A DNA stretch of 64,000 bases, taken from contig JASFQK010000013.1 in assembly GCA_050115495.1 (NCBI GenBank), positions 1-64,000 of the forward strand. The letters run 5' to 3'. Positions 55,480-64,000 of the stretch are shown here, piece after piece. Source of the stretch: Phycisphaerae bacterium (GTDB lineage Bacteria; Planctomycetota; Phycisphaerae; UBA1845; Fen-1342). How positions within the stretch are numbered: the first letter of the stretch is position 1; each line of letters begins with the position of its first letter. The translations under genes were made by a program, and so were the position numbers. Below the pieces are notes generated by a model. The model had not been told where the DNA came from. It made no database searches and saw nothing but the letters and a program-made list of their open reading frames with translations.

Positions 55480-56544
55480 ATGGAGAAAACGATGCGATCT
55501 CTGAGTCTTCTGGCAGCGATCATGATGGCGCTGAGCGCGCCGGCGCTCGCTTCGGTGTCCTATACCATCACCGACCTGGGTACGCTGACGTCGGTCCCGT
55601 ACAGCAATGCACGCACCTTGAACGAGAACGGGCAAGTCGGTGGCTACTCGGCGGGGGCCGACCACTACTCGCGGGCCTTTTTCTGGGAAGACGGCGTGAT
55701 GACCGATCTGGGACTCTTCTCGGCCCAGGCTTCGTTCGCCTGGGACATGAACAGCTCCGGTCAGATGGCTATCAGGACAGTCGGCCCGGACTCCGCCTGG
55801 GTGTGGGACAACGGTAGCGTCACTTACATCTCGCCGCTGCCGGGCGGATCGTCCAATGAAGCGTACGGTATCAACGATGCCGGCCAGGTCGCGGGTCGAT
55901 CGGCGACGAGCGTTGGCCAGCGGGCGTTCCTGTGGGACGACGGCTCCTTGTGGAGCCTCGGTACCCTCGGCGGGAACTACAGTTCCGCCCATGACATCAA
56001 TAACGCCGGCCAGGTGGCTGGTACGTCTGCCAACGCGAGCGGAGTATGGCATGCCTTCCTTTGGGACGACGGCGTGATGACCGACCTGGGTACGCTCGGC
56101 GGCCCAAGTAGCGCCGGGATCGCCATGAACGACGCCGGCCACGTCGTGGGCCGGTCGTGGCTGCCCGAAGGTGGACCCTACCGGGCGTTCCTGTACCGGG
56201 ACGGAGCGATGGCCAACCTGGGCTCGCTCGGCGGAGAGTTCGCCGATGCCCTGGGAATCAACAACCTGGATCAGGTCGTCGGCCACTCCTTGTTGGCCGG
56301 TGGCGCCCAACGCGCCTTCATCTGGGATGACGGCGTGATGACCGACCTGAATGACCTGCTCGTGGACGGCGGCGCGTGGGAACTGACGGAGGCCGCCGAC
56401 ATCAACGATGCGGGCCAGATCGTCGGTGTGGGGTACATCAACGGGGACGAACACGCCTTCCTGCTGACCCCTGTTCCCGAACCGGCGACGCTCAGCCTGC
56501 TGAGCCTCGGCGCCCTGGCGCTGCTCCGCCGGCGACGCGCCTGA
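55480..56544 (+). CDS. HAF-repeat exported protein with PEP-CTERM tail
   Basis: Signal peptide; HAF repeats; PVPEPATLSLLSLGALALLRRRR. Confidence 0.9.
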   Translation: MEKTMRSLSLLAAIMMALSAPALASVSYTITDLGTLTSVPYSNARTLNENGQVGGYSAGADHYSRAFFWEDGVMTDLGLFSAQASFAWDMNSSGQMAIRTVGPDSAWVWDNGSVTYISPLPGGSSNEAYGINDAGQVAGRSATSVGQRAFLWDDGSLWSLGTLGGNYSSAHDINNAGQVAGTSANASGVWHAFLWDDGVMTDLGTLGGPSSAGIAMNDAGHVVGRSWLPEGGPYRAFLYRDGAMANLGSLGGEFADALGINNLDQVVGHSLLAGGAQRAFIWDDGVMTDLNDLLVDGGAWELTEAADINDAGQIVGVGYINGDEHAFLLTPVPEPATLSLLSLGALALLRRRRA

Positions 56545-56574
56545 TTCTTGAACGCGTGTTTGTGACCTCCTCAA

Positions 56575-56610
56575 CGAAAGGCCCTTCGGCGAAAGCCGGA
56601 GGGCCTTTCG
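56575..56610 (+). terminator. Long hairpin terminator
   Basis: CGAAAGGCCCTTCGGC-GAAA-GCCGGAGGGCCTTTCG directly after the HAF/PEP-CTERM pair. Confidence 0.75.
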
Positions 56611-56762
56611 CGTTACAAAACGCGGTCAGGCAATCGGTTTCGGCTCCGTGCGTTCTTCGGGCTGCCAAGAGCGTCAGTCGAATACGCACCGCTCTGCACG
56701 TTGGTCGGCATGAATGACCGCCATCGCGCACCAGTCATTCCAGGCTGCGATATACTCCCATC

Positions 56763-57686
56763 ATGGACATTCTCAACGCCATCGGAAACACGTCGATCGT
56801 GCGGCTTCGCCGGGTCGTGCCGGCGGATTGTGCGGACGTCCTCGTCAAGCTCGAATGGGAGAACCCCACGGGCAGCATGAAGGACCGCATGGCCAACGCC
56901 GTGATCTCCCGGGCTGAGCAGGACGGCCGGCTCCGGCCCGGCGACACGGTCGTCGAGTACACCGGCGGCAGCACGGGGGCGTCACTCGCCCTGGTCTGTG
57001 CGGCGAAGGGCTACCGCCTGCACATCGTCAGCTCCGACGCGTTCAGCCGGGAGAAGCTCGACCACATGGCGGCACTCGGGGCGGAGCTGACGCTCGTGCC
57101 CAGCGAGGGCGGCCGCACGACGAAGAAGCTCATCCTGGACATGATCGAAACCGCCCGCGGGATCAGTCGGGAGCCGCACACCTACTGGACCGACCAGCTC
57201 AACAACCACGACAGCATTGCCGGCTACCACGGGCTGGGCGAAGAGATCTGGGGCCAGACGAACGGGGCGGTGGACGCGTTCGCGCACTGCGTCGGGACGG
57301 CGGCCTCGTCGCGCGGCGTGGCGACGGCGTTGAAGCAGCACCGGCCGGATATCCGCTGCGTCGCGGTCGAGCCCGCCGAGTCGGCCGTACTTTCCGGCGG
57401 TCAGCCCGGGCCGCACAAGATCGAAGGCGTCGGCATCGGCTACACGCCGCCGCTGTGGGACCCGTCGGTGATGGACGAGATCCTGCCGGTCGGCACGGAC
57501 GAGGCGAAGGAGATGGCCCGGCGGCTGGCCCGCGAGGAGGGCCTCTTCGCCGGCACGTCGTCCGGCGCGAACGTCATCGCGGCAATCCAGTTGGCCAAAC
57601 GGCTCGGCCCCGGCCGCACCGTCGTCACGCTACTGGCCGACTCGGGCCTGAAATACGTGAGCACGGATGTGTACCGCCGGCGCTAG
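56763..57686 (+). CDS. PLP-dependent cysteine synthase family protein
   Basis: [56 protein letters not shown]. Canonical motifs are altered (TGGSTG for TSGNTG; GTAAS for GTGGT), so the substrate may differ from CysK. Confidence 0.85.
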   Translation: MDILNAIGNTSIVRLRRVVPADCADVLVKLEWENPTGSMKDRMANAVISRAEQDGRLRPGDTVVEYTGGSTGASLALVCAAKGYRLHIVSSDAFSREKLDHMAALGAELTLVPSEGGRTTKKLILDMIETARGISREPHTYWTDQLNNHDSIAGYHGLGEEIWGQTNGAVDAFAHCVGTAASSRGVATALKQHRPDIRCVAVEPAESAVLSGGQPGPHKIEGVGIGYTPPLWDPSVMDEILPVGTDEAKEMARRLAREEGLFAGTSSGANVIAAIQLAKRLGPGRTVVTLLADSGLKYVSTDVYRRR

Positions 57687-58594
57687 CGTTCGTCGGGCGG
57701 CGAGGACGGCTCGGGACCTGCGGTCCGCACTGCCTTGCCGCATTCCGGGCATCGCCCGCTGACGTTGCCGGTCAGGTCGTAGCCGCACTCCGGGCACCGC
57801 CCGGGTTCGCGGTGCGGCCAATACGCCGCCCACCAGAGCAGGGCGGTCGGCAGGCCGACGAGCAGCAATGGCAGCCAGAGGGGAATGCGCGACCACGGAC
57901 TCGGCAGCGGGTCCCTGCGGATACTCCAGTTCGGCCACCAATCGGGGTTCCAGTAGACTCCGGTCGAGAATAGTGGTGTCCCAGCCTTGGCAAACAACGG
58001 CGCGTGCTGTTTGCCGATGCCGTGGCAACCTACTACGCCAGACCCGACGACGACCGTCCGCGTCTGGCCCTGCACGACAAGTGACCACGGCAATGAGGCC
58101 AGAATCACGAGCACAATGGCGACACTGATCGCCGTCAGGCCCAGCCTGATTCCTCGTCCCATCCCGTGCCTGCTGCTGCGCCGAATCCACCGCGTGAAAC
58201 CGGCGAGGACCTTCCAAACGCCCCGTCGATCCTTGAACCAGAGCACAGCGCCCGGGATTCCGCAGAGGGTGAACGGCATCCAGAGTGGGATGCGCGCATA
58301 GTCGTAGTAAGCATAGCCTTCCCAATCGAACGACCCGCCGAAGCGCCAATACCAGGTGTGCTTCGAGACACGCCACCCAGGGGGCTTGCCGTAATGCCCC
58401 TTGCCGTGCTCCCAGATCGCCGATGGCCACCAGAACGAGACCGAGCCCAGACTCAGCGAGACCTCGTAGCGTTGCGCCGGGCTGACCCACGTGATCTCGC
58501 GACCGGAACTGGCGATGAACGCCGCGACGAGCAGAACGCACGCCGCCGTACAAAGCCACTTCGCCGTCTTTCGTATACGGGTTCCCCACACCAT
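57683..58594 (-). CDS. Membrane protein with C-terminal zinc ribbon and internal duplication
   Basis: Two RIPLW.P TM modules; [20 protein letters not shown]. Confidence 0.7.
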   Translation of the reverse strand: MVWGTRIRKTAKWLCTAACVLLVAAFIASSGREITWVSPAQRYEVSLSLGSVSFWWPSAIWEHGKGHYGKPPGWRVSKHTWYWRFGGSFDWEGYAYYDYARIPLWMPFTLCGIPGAVLWFKDRRGVWKVLAGFTRWIRRSSRHGMGRGIRLGLTAISVAIVLVILASLPWSLVVQGQTRTVVVGSGVVGCHGIGKQHAPLFAKAGTPLFSTGVYWNPDWWPNWSIRRDPLPSPWSRIPLWLPLLLVGLPTALLWWAAYWPHREPGRCPECGYDLTGNVSGRCPECGKAVRTAGPEPSSPPDER

Positions 58595-58685
58595 GCCCGC
58601 ATTCTAGCACATGAGCCGGTCTTGCCGCGACAGTGAATTGCAGACACTGCCCCGGCCCGACCGGCCACGCGCAGGCCGGATTGGG

Positions 58686-58967
58686 TTACGTCTGGTCTGG
58701 CGGGGCGGGACCCTGCGACTTGTAGAGCATCTCCACCACGTCACCGACGGTCCGGACTTCTTGCGCTTCGACATCCGGGACCGCCAGGTCGAAAGCATCC
58801 TCCACTTCCATTATGAACTCGACCACATCGAGGCTGTCGTAGTTCAGGTCGGCCAGAAAGGACGTCTGTTCGGTGATCATCGCCGGATCGGCGTTGACCT
58901 GGGCCGCGGCGAGCTCGCGCACCTTCTCGAAGATCTCCGGCCAGGATTTCGGCGCCGGCATGGTCAT
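58686..58967 (-). CDS. Acyl carrier protein
   Basis: DLNYDSLDVVEFIMEVEDAF phosphopantetheine motif; AAGGAG RBS. Confidence 0.88.
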   Translation of the reverse strand: MTMPAPKSWPEIFEKVRELAAAQVNADPAMITEQTSFLADLNYDSLDVVEFIMEVEDAFDLAVPDVEAQEVRTVGDVVEMLYKSQGPAPPDQT

Positions 58968-58974
58968 ACTCCTT

Positions 58975-59346
58975 CTACGGCACGCGGCCGGTGTCGGTTG
59001 CGGCTTCGGCGGTGCGGAGGGCGACCACCAGCTTGCGGACGGTCCGGAAGTCCGGCTCGGTCTTGCCGCGTTCGATGCGGTTTAACGTTTCCGTGCGGAT
59101 GCCGGCGCGGTCCGCCAACGCCGCTTGCGTCAGGCCAGCCGCCCGTCGGCGTTGGCGAATCCGCTCCGCCAGGGGCACACCCTCTTCCTCAAGCGCTGCC
59201 AATGGGCCGGTCGCGCCGGCCGATCGGCCGCCGCCGACGACGCCGGCCCGCTTGCCCAGCGTGACGAGCTGCGCCTCGCGCAGAATCGCGTAGGCCACGC
59301 CACCGAGCACCACTACGGCGTAATCCAGGCGTTTCGTCTTCGCCAT
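58975..59346 (-). CDS. XRE-family HTH regulator / antitoxin-like protein
   Basis: IRQRRRAAGLTQAALADRAGIRTETLNRIERGKTEP; GGAGG RBS before ATG 59346. Confidence 0.85.
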   Translation of the reverse strand: MAKTKRLDYAVVVLGGVAYAILREAQLVTLGKRAGVVGGGRSAGATGPLAALEEEGVPLAERIRQRRRAAGLTQAALADRAGIRTETLNRIERGKTEPDFRTVRKLVVALRTAEAATDTGRVP

Positions 59347-59396
59347 GAGCACCTCCATGGGAAGTATGGCGGGGCATGTATCAAAAATCAAGTTTA

Positions 59397-59412
59397 ATGA
59401 TCTATAAATCAT
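59397..59412. promoter_or_regulatory. Candidate XRE operator
   Basis: ATGATCTATAAATCAT near-palindrome in an AT-rich tract next to a minus-strand TTGATT-N17-CATACT promoter. Confidence 0.5.
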
Positions 59413-59530
59413 ATTTGAGCATCAAGCGGCGTGCGGTCGGCGACACGAATCAGCCGCTTCGTCATCCACCGCCGGCGGTCTAGAATATGGGCAGAGCTGG
59501 ACAAGCGCGGCAGCGAGGGAGGTTTCGGCC

Positions 59531-61816
59531 GTGTCGAGATCAGTATTCGTTCGCGGGGGGGTACTTGGCCTGTTCATGTGGTGCGGTCTGTCGGGTGCGG
59601 TCGCCCAGATGCCGGCGACGACGTTCGTGCGGCAGGTCGAGGACACCCGCCGGCTGAGCGACGCGGAGGCCCTCGACAAGCTTGAAGCGCTGCTCACGCC
59701 CGACCTCGCCGAGGCGCAGCGGCAGCAGTGCTACCAAGAGATCGCGGCCCGCCTGGGGAAGTTCGATCCGCCCGTGCCGAACGCCGCCGAGAAGAAGATG
59801 CTCGAGCAGGCGCGGGCCGGCAGCGACTACACGGACGAAGTGCTGCTCGGTCGCTACGCCATCGTGCTCGCCGGCCGGGAGTACGCCGACGAGGCCCGCC
59901 GGTGCGGCTTCATGACGCAGCTCGACATGTCGTACATCGTCCTGCGCGACACGTTCTCCCTCGACCCGGTTGGGAAGCGCGGGCACCGCTACGTGATCTG
60001 GTTTCCGCGGAACAAGCCGCGCGGCTTCACGACCAACGGCGGGTCGCTGCACGTGTGGGTCGGCCAGGCCGAGGCCGAGCGCCCCGACGGCCTGCTACGC
60101 TACGTGCACGAGTTCGGCCACTCGTTCGTCTGGGACTTCATGGGTAACCCGATTTTCGCCGGCGGGTTCACGGAGGGCTGGTGCGACTTCTGCAAGCTGA
60201 TCGCCGCCGAGCGGCTGGCGGTGCTCGGCGAGCCGTTCGCCGAGGCCGGACCGAAGCTGCGCGCGTCGTTTCGCCGGGCGGGACGGGAGGAGTACCTGCG
60301 GACACGACTGCCGATTGAGGAGATCATCGACTATGCTCCGTCGATGTCACTCCTCGTGGAGTTGCTCGAAACGACACGCTCGGGGAACGGGACCCTCGAT
60401 TGGAGCCCATTCAATCGCATGCTGGCGGATCTGGCGGCGGACTCGATCAAACGGCCGCCGCATTGCATGTGGCCGGCGTGGCATGCCGCCCTGTACCTGC
60501 AGTACTTCGATCGGGACGACGTGCTGCCCATCCTGCGTGAGTATCGCTATCCGCCGGAGGCGCTGGCCCCGCTGACGCCGGACGCGGCCACGGCGCTGGC
60601 CGACGGGGGCGAGGTCGTCCGCGAGTGGCGCGTGCTCGGGCCCATCCCGGATCCGGCGGAGGGACGCCTGCGGGACGATCCCCTGGACGTGGCGAATTTC
60701 GAGGTGCGCGACGCGTACGAGATCGACGGGCACACGTATCGCTGGCGGACGGTCACCGCCAACAAGCAGGGCGTCGTCGAGCTCGGCAAACTCGAAGGTG
60801 CCCGCGAGTCGTGCCGCTTCTGCCTGGTGGCCGATCTGCCCGTCGAGCGTCCGACACCCGCCGCGTTCTACATCGGCAGCGACGATGACGCCGCGGTGTG
60901 GCTCGACGGCACGCTGCTGTACACGTTCAGCGGCAACCGCGGCACGAAGCCGCGTGATCCGGACCGGGCGTGCGGTCTGATGCGTGCGGGCAAGATCGTT
61001 GCTCTCGTGGCCAACCGCGGCGGCGCGACCGGCTTCCACTTGCGCGTGGACACCGACTCGCCGTACACACGCATCTATCCCGGCTTGTTGCACGACGGCG
61101 ATCAGGCGTGCCGGCTGGGGCTCGTCGAGTACCTGGCCTCGCGGATCTTCGACGGCGACTGCGCGACGGCACTGCTGCTGGAGGCGCTGGGCGACGCCGA
61201 CCCGCGGGTGCGAGCCCGCGCTGCGTGGGGACTCGGCGGCCGGCGGAACGACGCTGAGGTCGTCAAAGGCTTGCTCAGCGCCTGGTCCACAGAGAACGAC
61301 GCCGATGTGGCGGAAGCCATGGGCGACGCCCTGTCCGAGCTGCTGTTTCAGCCATTGCGTTCGGCCAGCGCGGCCCGGCGCTGGTGGAACAGCAACGAGA
61401 AGGACTGGGTGCCGGCGTTCCACGTCGAGTGCGAGCGGGCGGTACCGCTCGGCGACCGCATCGGCGGGTTCTACGGGAATCAGGATGGCGCTTACGGCGG
61501 CCAGACGATCGACCGCGGCTGGGGCTCAGGGCGGGAAGACGAGCTGCGTGTACGCCTGTACGCGCCCGCTGACGGTCGGCGCCGGCTGGTTATTCGCTAC
61601 CGGGCGAACAAGGACTGCCACCTGCGCGTTCGCGTCCAGCGCGGGCCGGAGACCGTGTTTGACCGGGCGAAGGTCGAATTGTCGGCGACGTCGAAGGACG
61701 ACTGGAGCCGCGCCTACATCGAGCTGACGCAGCTCAAAGCGGGCTGGTACACCGTGATCCTCTCCGATCCGAGCGGCCAACCGCTGCTGGACGTGATCGG
61801 CTGGGCGGCGCGATGA
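59531..61816 (+). CDS. Exported multidomain protein: HExxH metallopeptidase-like, PA14-like, HEAT repeats, CBM-like C-terminus
   Basis: Signal peptide; YVHEFGHS...FTEGWC; GSDDDAAVWLDG; LGDADPRVRARAAWGLG; beta-rich C-terminus. Confidence 0.65.
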   Translation: MSRSVFVRGGVLGLFMWCGLSGAVAQMPATTFVRQVEDTRRLSDAEALDKLEALLTPDLAEAQRQQCYQEIAARLGKFDPPVPNAAEKKMLEQARAGSDYTDEVLLGRYAIVLAGREYADEARRCGFMTQLDMSYIVLRDTFSLDPVGKRGHRYVIWFPRNKPRGFTTNGGSLHVWVGQAEAERPDGLLRYVHEFGHSFVWDFMGNPIFAGGFTEGWCDFCKLIAAERLAVLGEPFAEAGPKLRASFRRAGREEYLRTRLPIEEIIDYAPSMSLLVELLETTRSGNGTLDWSPFNRMLADLAADSIKRPPHCMWPAWHAALYLQYFDRDDVLPILREYRYPPEALAPLTPDAATALADGGEVVREWRVLGPIPDPAEGRLRDDPLDVANFEVRDAYEIDGHTYRWRTVTANKQGVVELGKLEGARESCRFCLVADLPVERPTPAAFYIGSDDDAAVWLDGTLLYTFSGNRGTKPRDPDRACGLMRAGKIVALVANRGGATGFHLRVDTDSPYTRIYPGLLHDGDQACRLGLVEYLASRIFDGDCATALLLEALGDADPRVRARAAWGLGGRRNDAEVVKGLLSAWSTENDADVAEAMGDALSELLFQPLRSASAARRWWNSNEKDWVPAFHVECERAVPLGDRIGGFYGNQDGAYGGQTIDRGWGSGREDELRVRLYAPADGRRRLVIRYRANKDCHLRVRVQRGPETVFDRAKVELSATSKDDWSRAYIELTQLKAGWYTVILSDPSGQPLLDVIGWAAR

Positions 61817-61832
61817 GCAGCGCCGCGGCAGG

Positions 61833-62537
61833 CTACGGGCTCATGTGGAACTTGCCATCCTGGGCGAGGAAGTGTGTGATAACGCCGGTGTCGGTGGCGC
61901 CGCGGCACCAGTAACGGGCGGGCAGGGGCATGTGGCCGCCGATGTACTGGAACTTCGGCGAGTCGGGATCGGGCCCGACGCTCCAGATGGCGTAGCGCAC
62001 GGGCGTTTCCAGCGGGTCGGTCCAGTACCGCCCCTCGTCGCCGGCGCAATCGGGGAAATCCTGCGGGACCCACAAGTTGGCTCCGTGCGGCGGTTCGAGC
62101 AGCGTGGTCTCGTTGACGATGGCCGCGCCAGGGGCGCGATACTTGTACGTCTGCCGCGGCTGAAAGACATCGTACATCTGCACGACGTCGATGAACGACT
62201 CTTCGCCCGTGGGGCCGGCGACCAGCGACCGTTGCCCGGGCAGGTAATGCTGCTGGGCGAGCTCCACGGGCATGTCGTACGCATTCCGCATGCTGCACGA
62301 GAAGCGTGACGGCGGCAGATGATCGGCGTTGTTGTGGAGGTAGAGCTCGAGGCCGAGGTCGATGTTGCGCAGGTCCGCGTGGGCCTTGACACGCCGCGCC
62401 GCCACGCGGGCCGAGCGCAGAGTGGGCAGCAGGATCGCCAGCAGCACGACGATGATGGCGATCACGACGAGCAGCTCGACGAGCGTGAAGGCTCGCGGGC
62501 GGCGCGGCGCGTGTTTCTCAAGGCTTCCGGCGGACAT
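61833..62537 (-). CDS. Prepilin-type N-terminal cleavage/methylation domain protein
   Basis: [27 protein letters not shown]-terminal YAIWSVGPD. Confidence 0.88.
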   Translation of the reverse strand: MSAGSLEKHAPRRPRAFTLVELLVVIAIIVVLLAILLPTLRSARVAARRVKAHADLRNIDLGLELYLHNNADHLPPSRFSCSMRNAYDMPVELAQQHYLPGQRSLVAGPTGEESFIDVVQMYDVFQPRQTYKYRAPGAAIVNETTLLEPPHGANLWVPQDFPDCAGDEGRYWTDPLETPVRYAIWSVGPDPDSPKFQYIGGHMPLPARYWCRGATDTGVITHFLAQDGKFHMSP

Positions 62538-62555
62538 GTCGGCGGACCTCGTCCG

Positions 62556-63713
62556 TTAGCTCCCCTGCAAGCTGCGGATGAACGGCGTGATGTCGAAGTT
62601 GTCGACGACGCCGTCCCCGTTCACGTCCGCGCAGCGGTAGCAACCGTCGGGATAGACGTTCGCGAACTCCGTCTCATCGTGGCCGACGGCGTAGATGAAC
62701 GGACTGATGTCGAAGTTGTTCGGCGTGCCGTCGCCGTTGATGTCGCCGCGCAGGGCGAGCGGCGGGTCGAAGTCGGCCGCGTTCATCGCCATCAGGTAGT
62801 AGCCGCCGATGCCGGTCCAGGCGGCCTGGTTCAGGATGCCGACGACGCTGAACGTGCCGAGCGGCGGGCAGGTCTGGTCGAAGCTCGGGTTGAACCCGAG
62901 GTGGATGGTCAGTGAGCGGCCGGTGCCGTCGACGAGCAGAAGGTCGGTGTCCGTGCCCCAACCCTGCGTTTCGTCGAGCCAGACGCCGCTGATCTCGATA
63001 CGCGTGGACTGGTAGCGCTCGCCGCCGGTCTGACGCGTCACGTCGAAGTAGAACGCACCGGTCTCATCTTCGAGATCGGCGAGCGTGATCGCGGCCGGTT
63101 CGGGCAGGCCGAAGCCGCGCTGTAGGCAGACGATCTCGAAATCGTGGGCGTTGCCCAGTTCGCCGGTTTCCGGATCGCGGTCGTTGATGTGCTGCTCGTT
63201 GACGTTCATCTTGCCCTGGTAGTTCATGCCGGCTCGGGCCCGGATCTCGATGAGATCGCCGGCGCGGGGCTCGAAGCCGTCCGGGTAGCCGGCGTGGTTG
63301 ATGCGGTCGAGCTCGGCGAGCCATTCGGCGTCGGTGTAGCTGCCGGCCGGGTCGTTGATCCAGGGGATGTTGCCGTAGTTCTGGCCCATCCAGCAGGAGG
63401 TACCGCCGAAGTCGCCGTCGTCGTAGGTCTCGTTGGGGTCGTCCCAGGCCTGGACGAAGATCTCCCACTGGCCGCCGAGGTACCACTCGACGTAGTACTG
63501 GAAGTCGGGGGCGGGATCGAGCCAGTCCTCGTAGTTGTTCAGGACGATGCCGCGCAGCCGCACGGGGAAGTCGGCGCTGGGATAGGCGCTGCTGCCGTCC
63601 GCGTTGACGGCCTGGTAGTCGCTGTGCCGGATGAGGTCGACGGTTGGCCAGTCCTCGCCGACGGCGGAGAAGGTGACAAGACCGATGCCTAGGGTCACAA
63701 TGAGCTTGCGCAT
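62556..63713 (-). CDS. Exported protein with C-terminal dockerin-like domain
   Basis: AGGAG RBS; signal peptide; GDINGDGTPNNFDISPF...ADVNGDGVVDNFDITPF. Confidence 0.85.
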   Translation of the reverse strand: MRKLIVTLGIGLVTFSAVGEDWPTVDLIRHSDYQAVNADGSSAYPSADFPVRLRGIVLNNYEDWLDPAPDFQYYVEWYLGGQWEIFVQAWDDPNETYDDGDFGGTSCWMGQNYGNIPWINDPAGSYTDAEWLAELDRINHAGYPDGFEPRAGDLIEIRARAGMNYQGKMNVNEQHINDRDPETGELGNAHDFEIVCLQRGFGLPEPAAITLADLEDETGAFYFDVTRQTGGERYQSTRIEISGVWLDETQGWGTDTDLLLVDGTGRSLTIHLGFNPSFDQTCPPLGTFSVVGILNQAAWTGIGGYYLMAMNAADFDPPLALRGDINGDGTPNNFDISPFIYAVGHDETEFANVYPDGCYRCADVNGDGVVDNFDITPFIRSLQGS

Positions 63714-64000
63714 GTTCCACTCCTGTTAACACGAACGTGAAATTCGTAACACCACAAGGCGATGATAGCGGGGCAGGGGGTGACGGGCAATCGCCCTTCG
63801 GCGAAGGGTGCCGGCCGCCGGCGGGGCAGGGGGGTCAGTGCAGCCGGGCGCCGGTCGAGCTCATGGCCAGTTCGGCGTGGAGCACGCCGCGCTGCTGGCG
63901 GAGCCGGTCAGTTAGGCCGCGGATGCGCGGGGCGGCGCCGCGGGCCATGATCATCTCGGCGCAGAGCTCGTGGGTCAGGTGCACGTGCGTCGTGGCCAGG

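Overview
High-GC bacterial window, most consistent with a Planctomycetota (Phycisphaerae-like) genome. This is inferred from a TIGR02999-type ECF sigma/Ser-Thr kinase pair, PEP-CTERM and dockerin-like C-terminal tags, 'ATTQP/ASQP' linkers and a CxxCGYDLxG zinc-ribbon membrane protein. Positions 1-23.9 kb are mostly core genes: rmuC-mutS-TrkH/KtrB-like-neuA-neuB-neuC, a tricorn-like S41 protease, an amidase, nfeD-floA-yqfB-like, valS and tRNA-Pro(CGG), with REP-like palindromes between genes. Downstream of the tRNA is accessory DNA with gene remnants and many exported proteins. The best candidate for an undescribed system is a module that occurs twice (36.3-39.9 kb and 52.5-56.6 kb): a ~415-420 aa uncharacterised protein with an N-terminal HTH-like segment, apparently on a leaderless mRNA, set back-to-back with a near-consensus sigma70-type promoter that drives PEP-CTERM genes arranged as a tandem pair, with a palindrome between the two -35 boxes. 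Other notable items are an extremely basic 153-aa orphan protein with two terminators, an RsgA-RNHCP fusion behind an attenuator-like leader, a ~1.25 kb tandem duplication with patchy diversification, and a 12-bp repeat of the tRNA 3' end. All assignments are by-eye motif recognition; no database searches were run.
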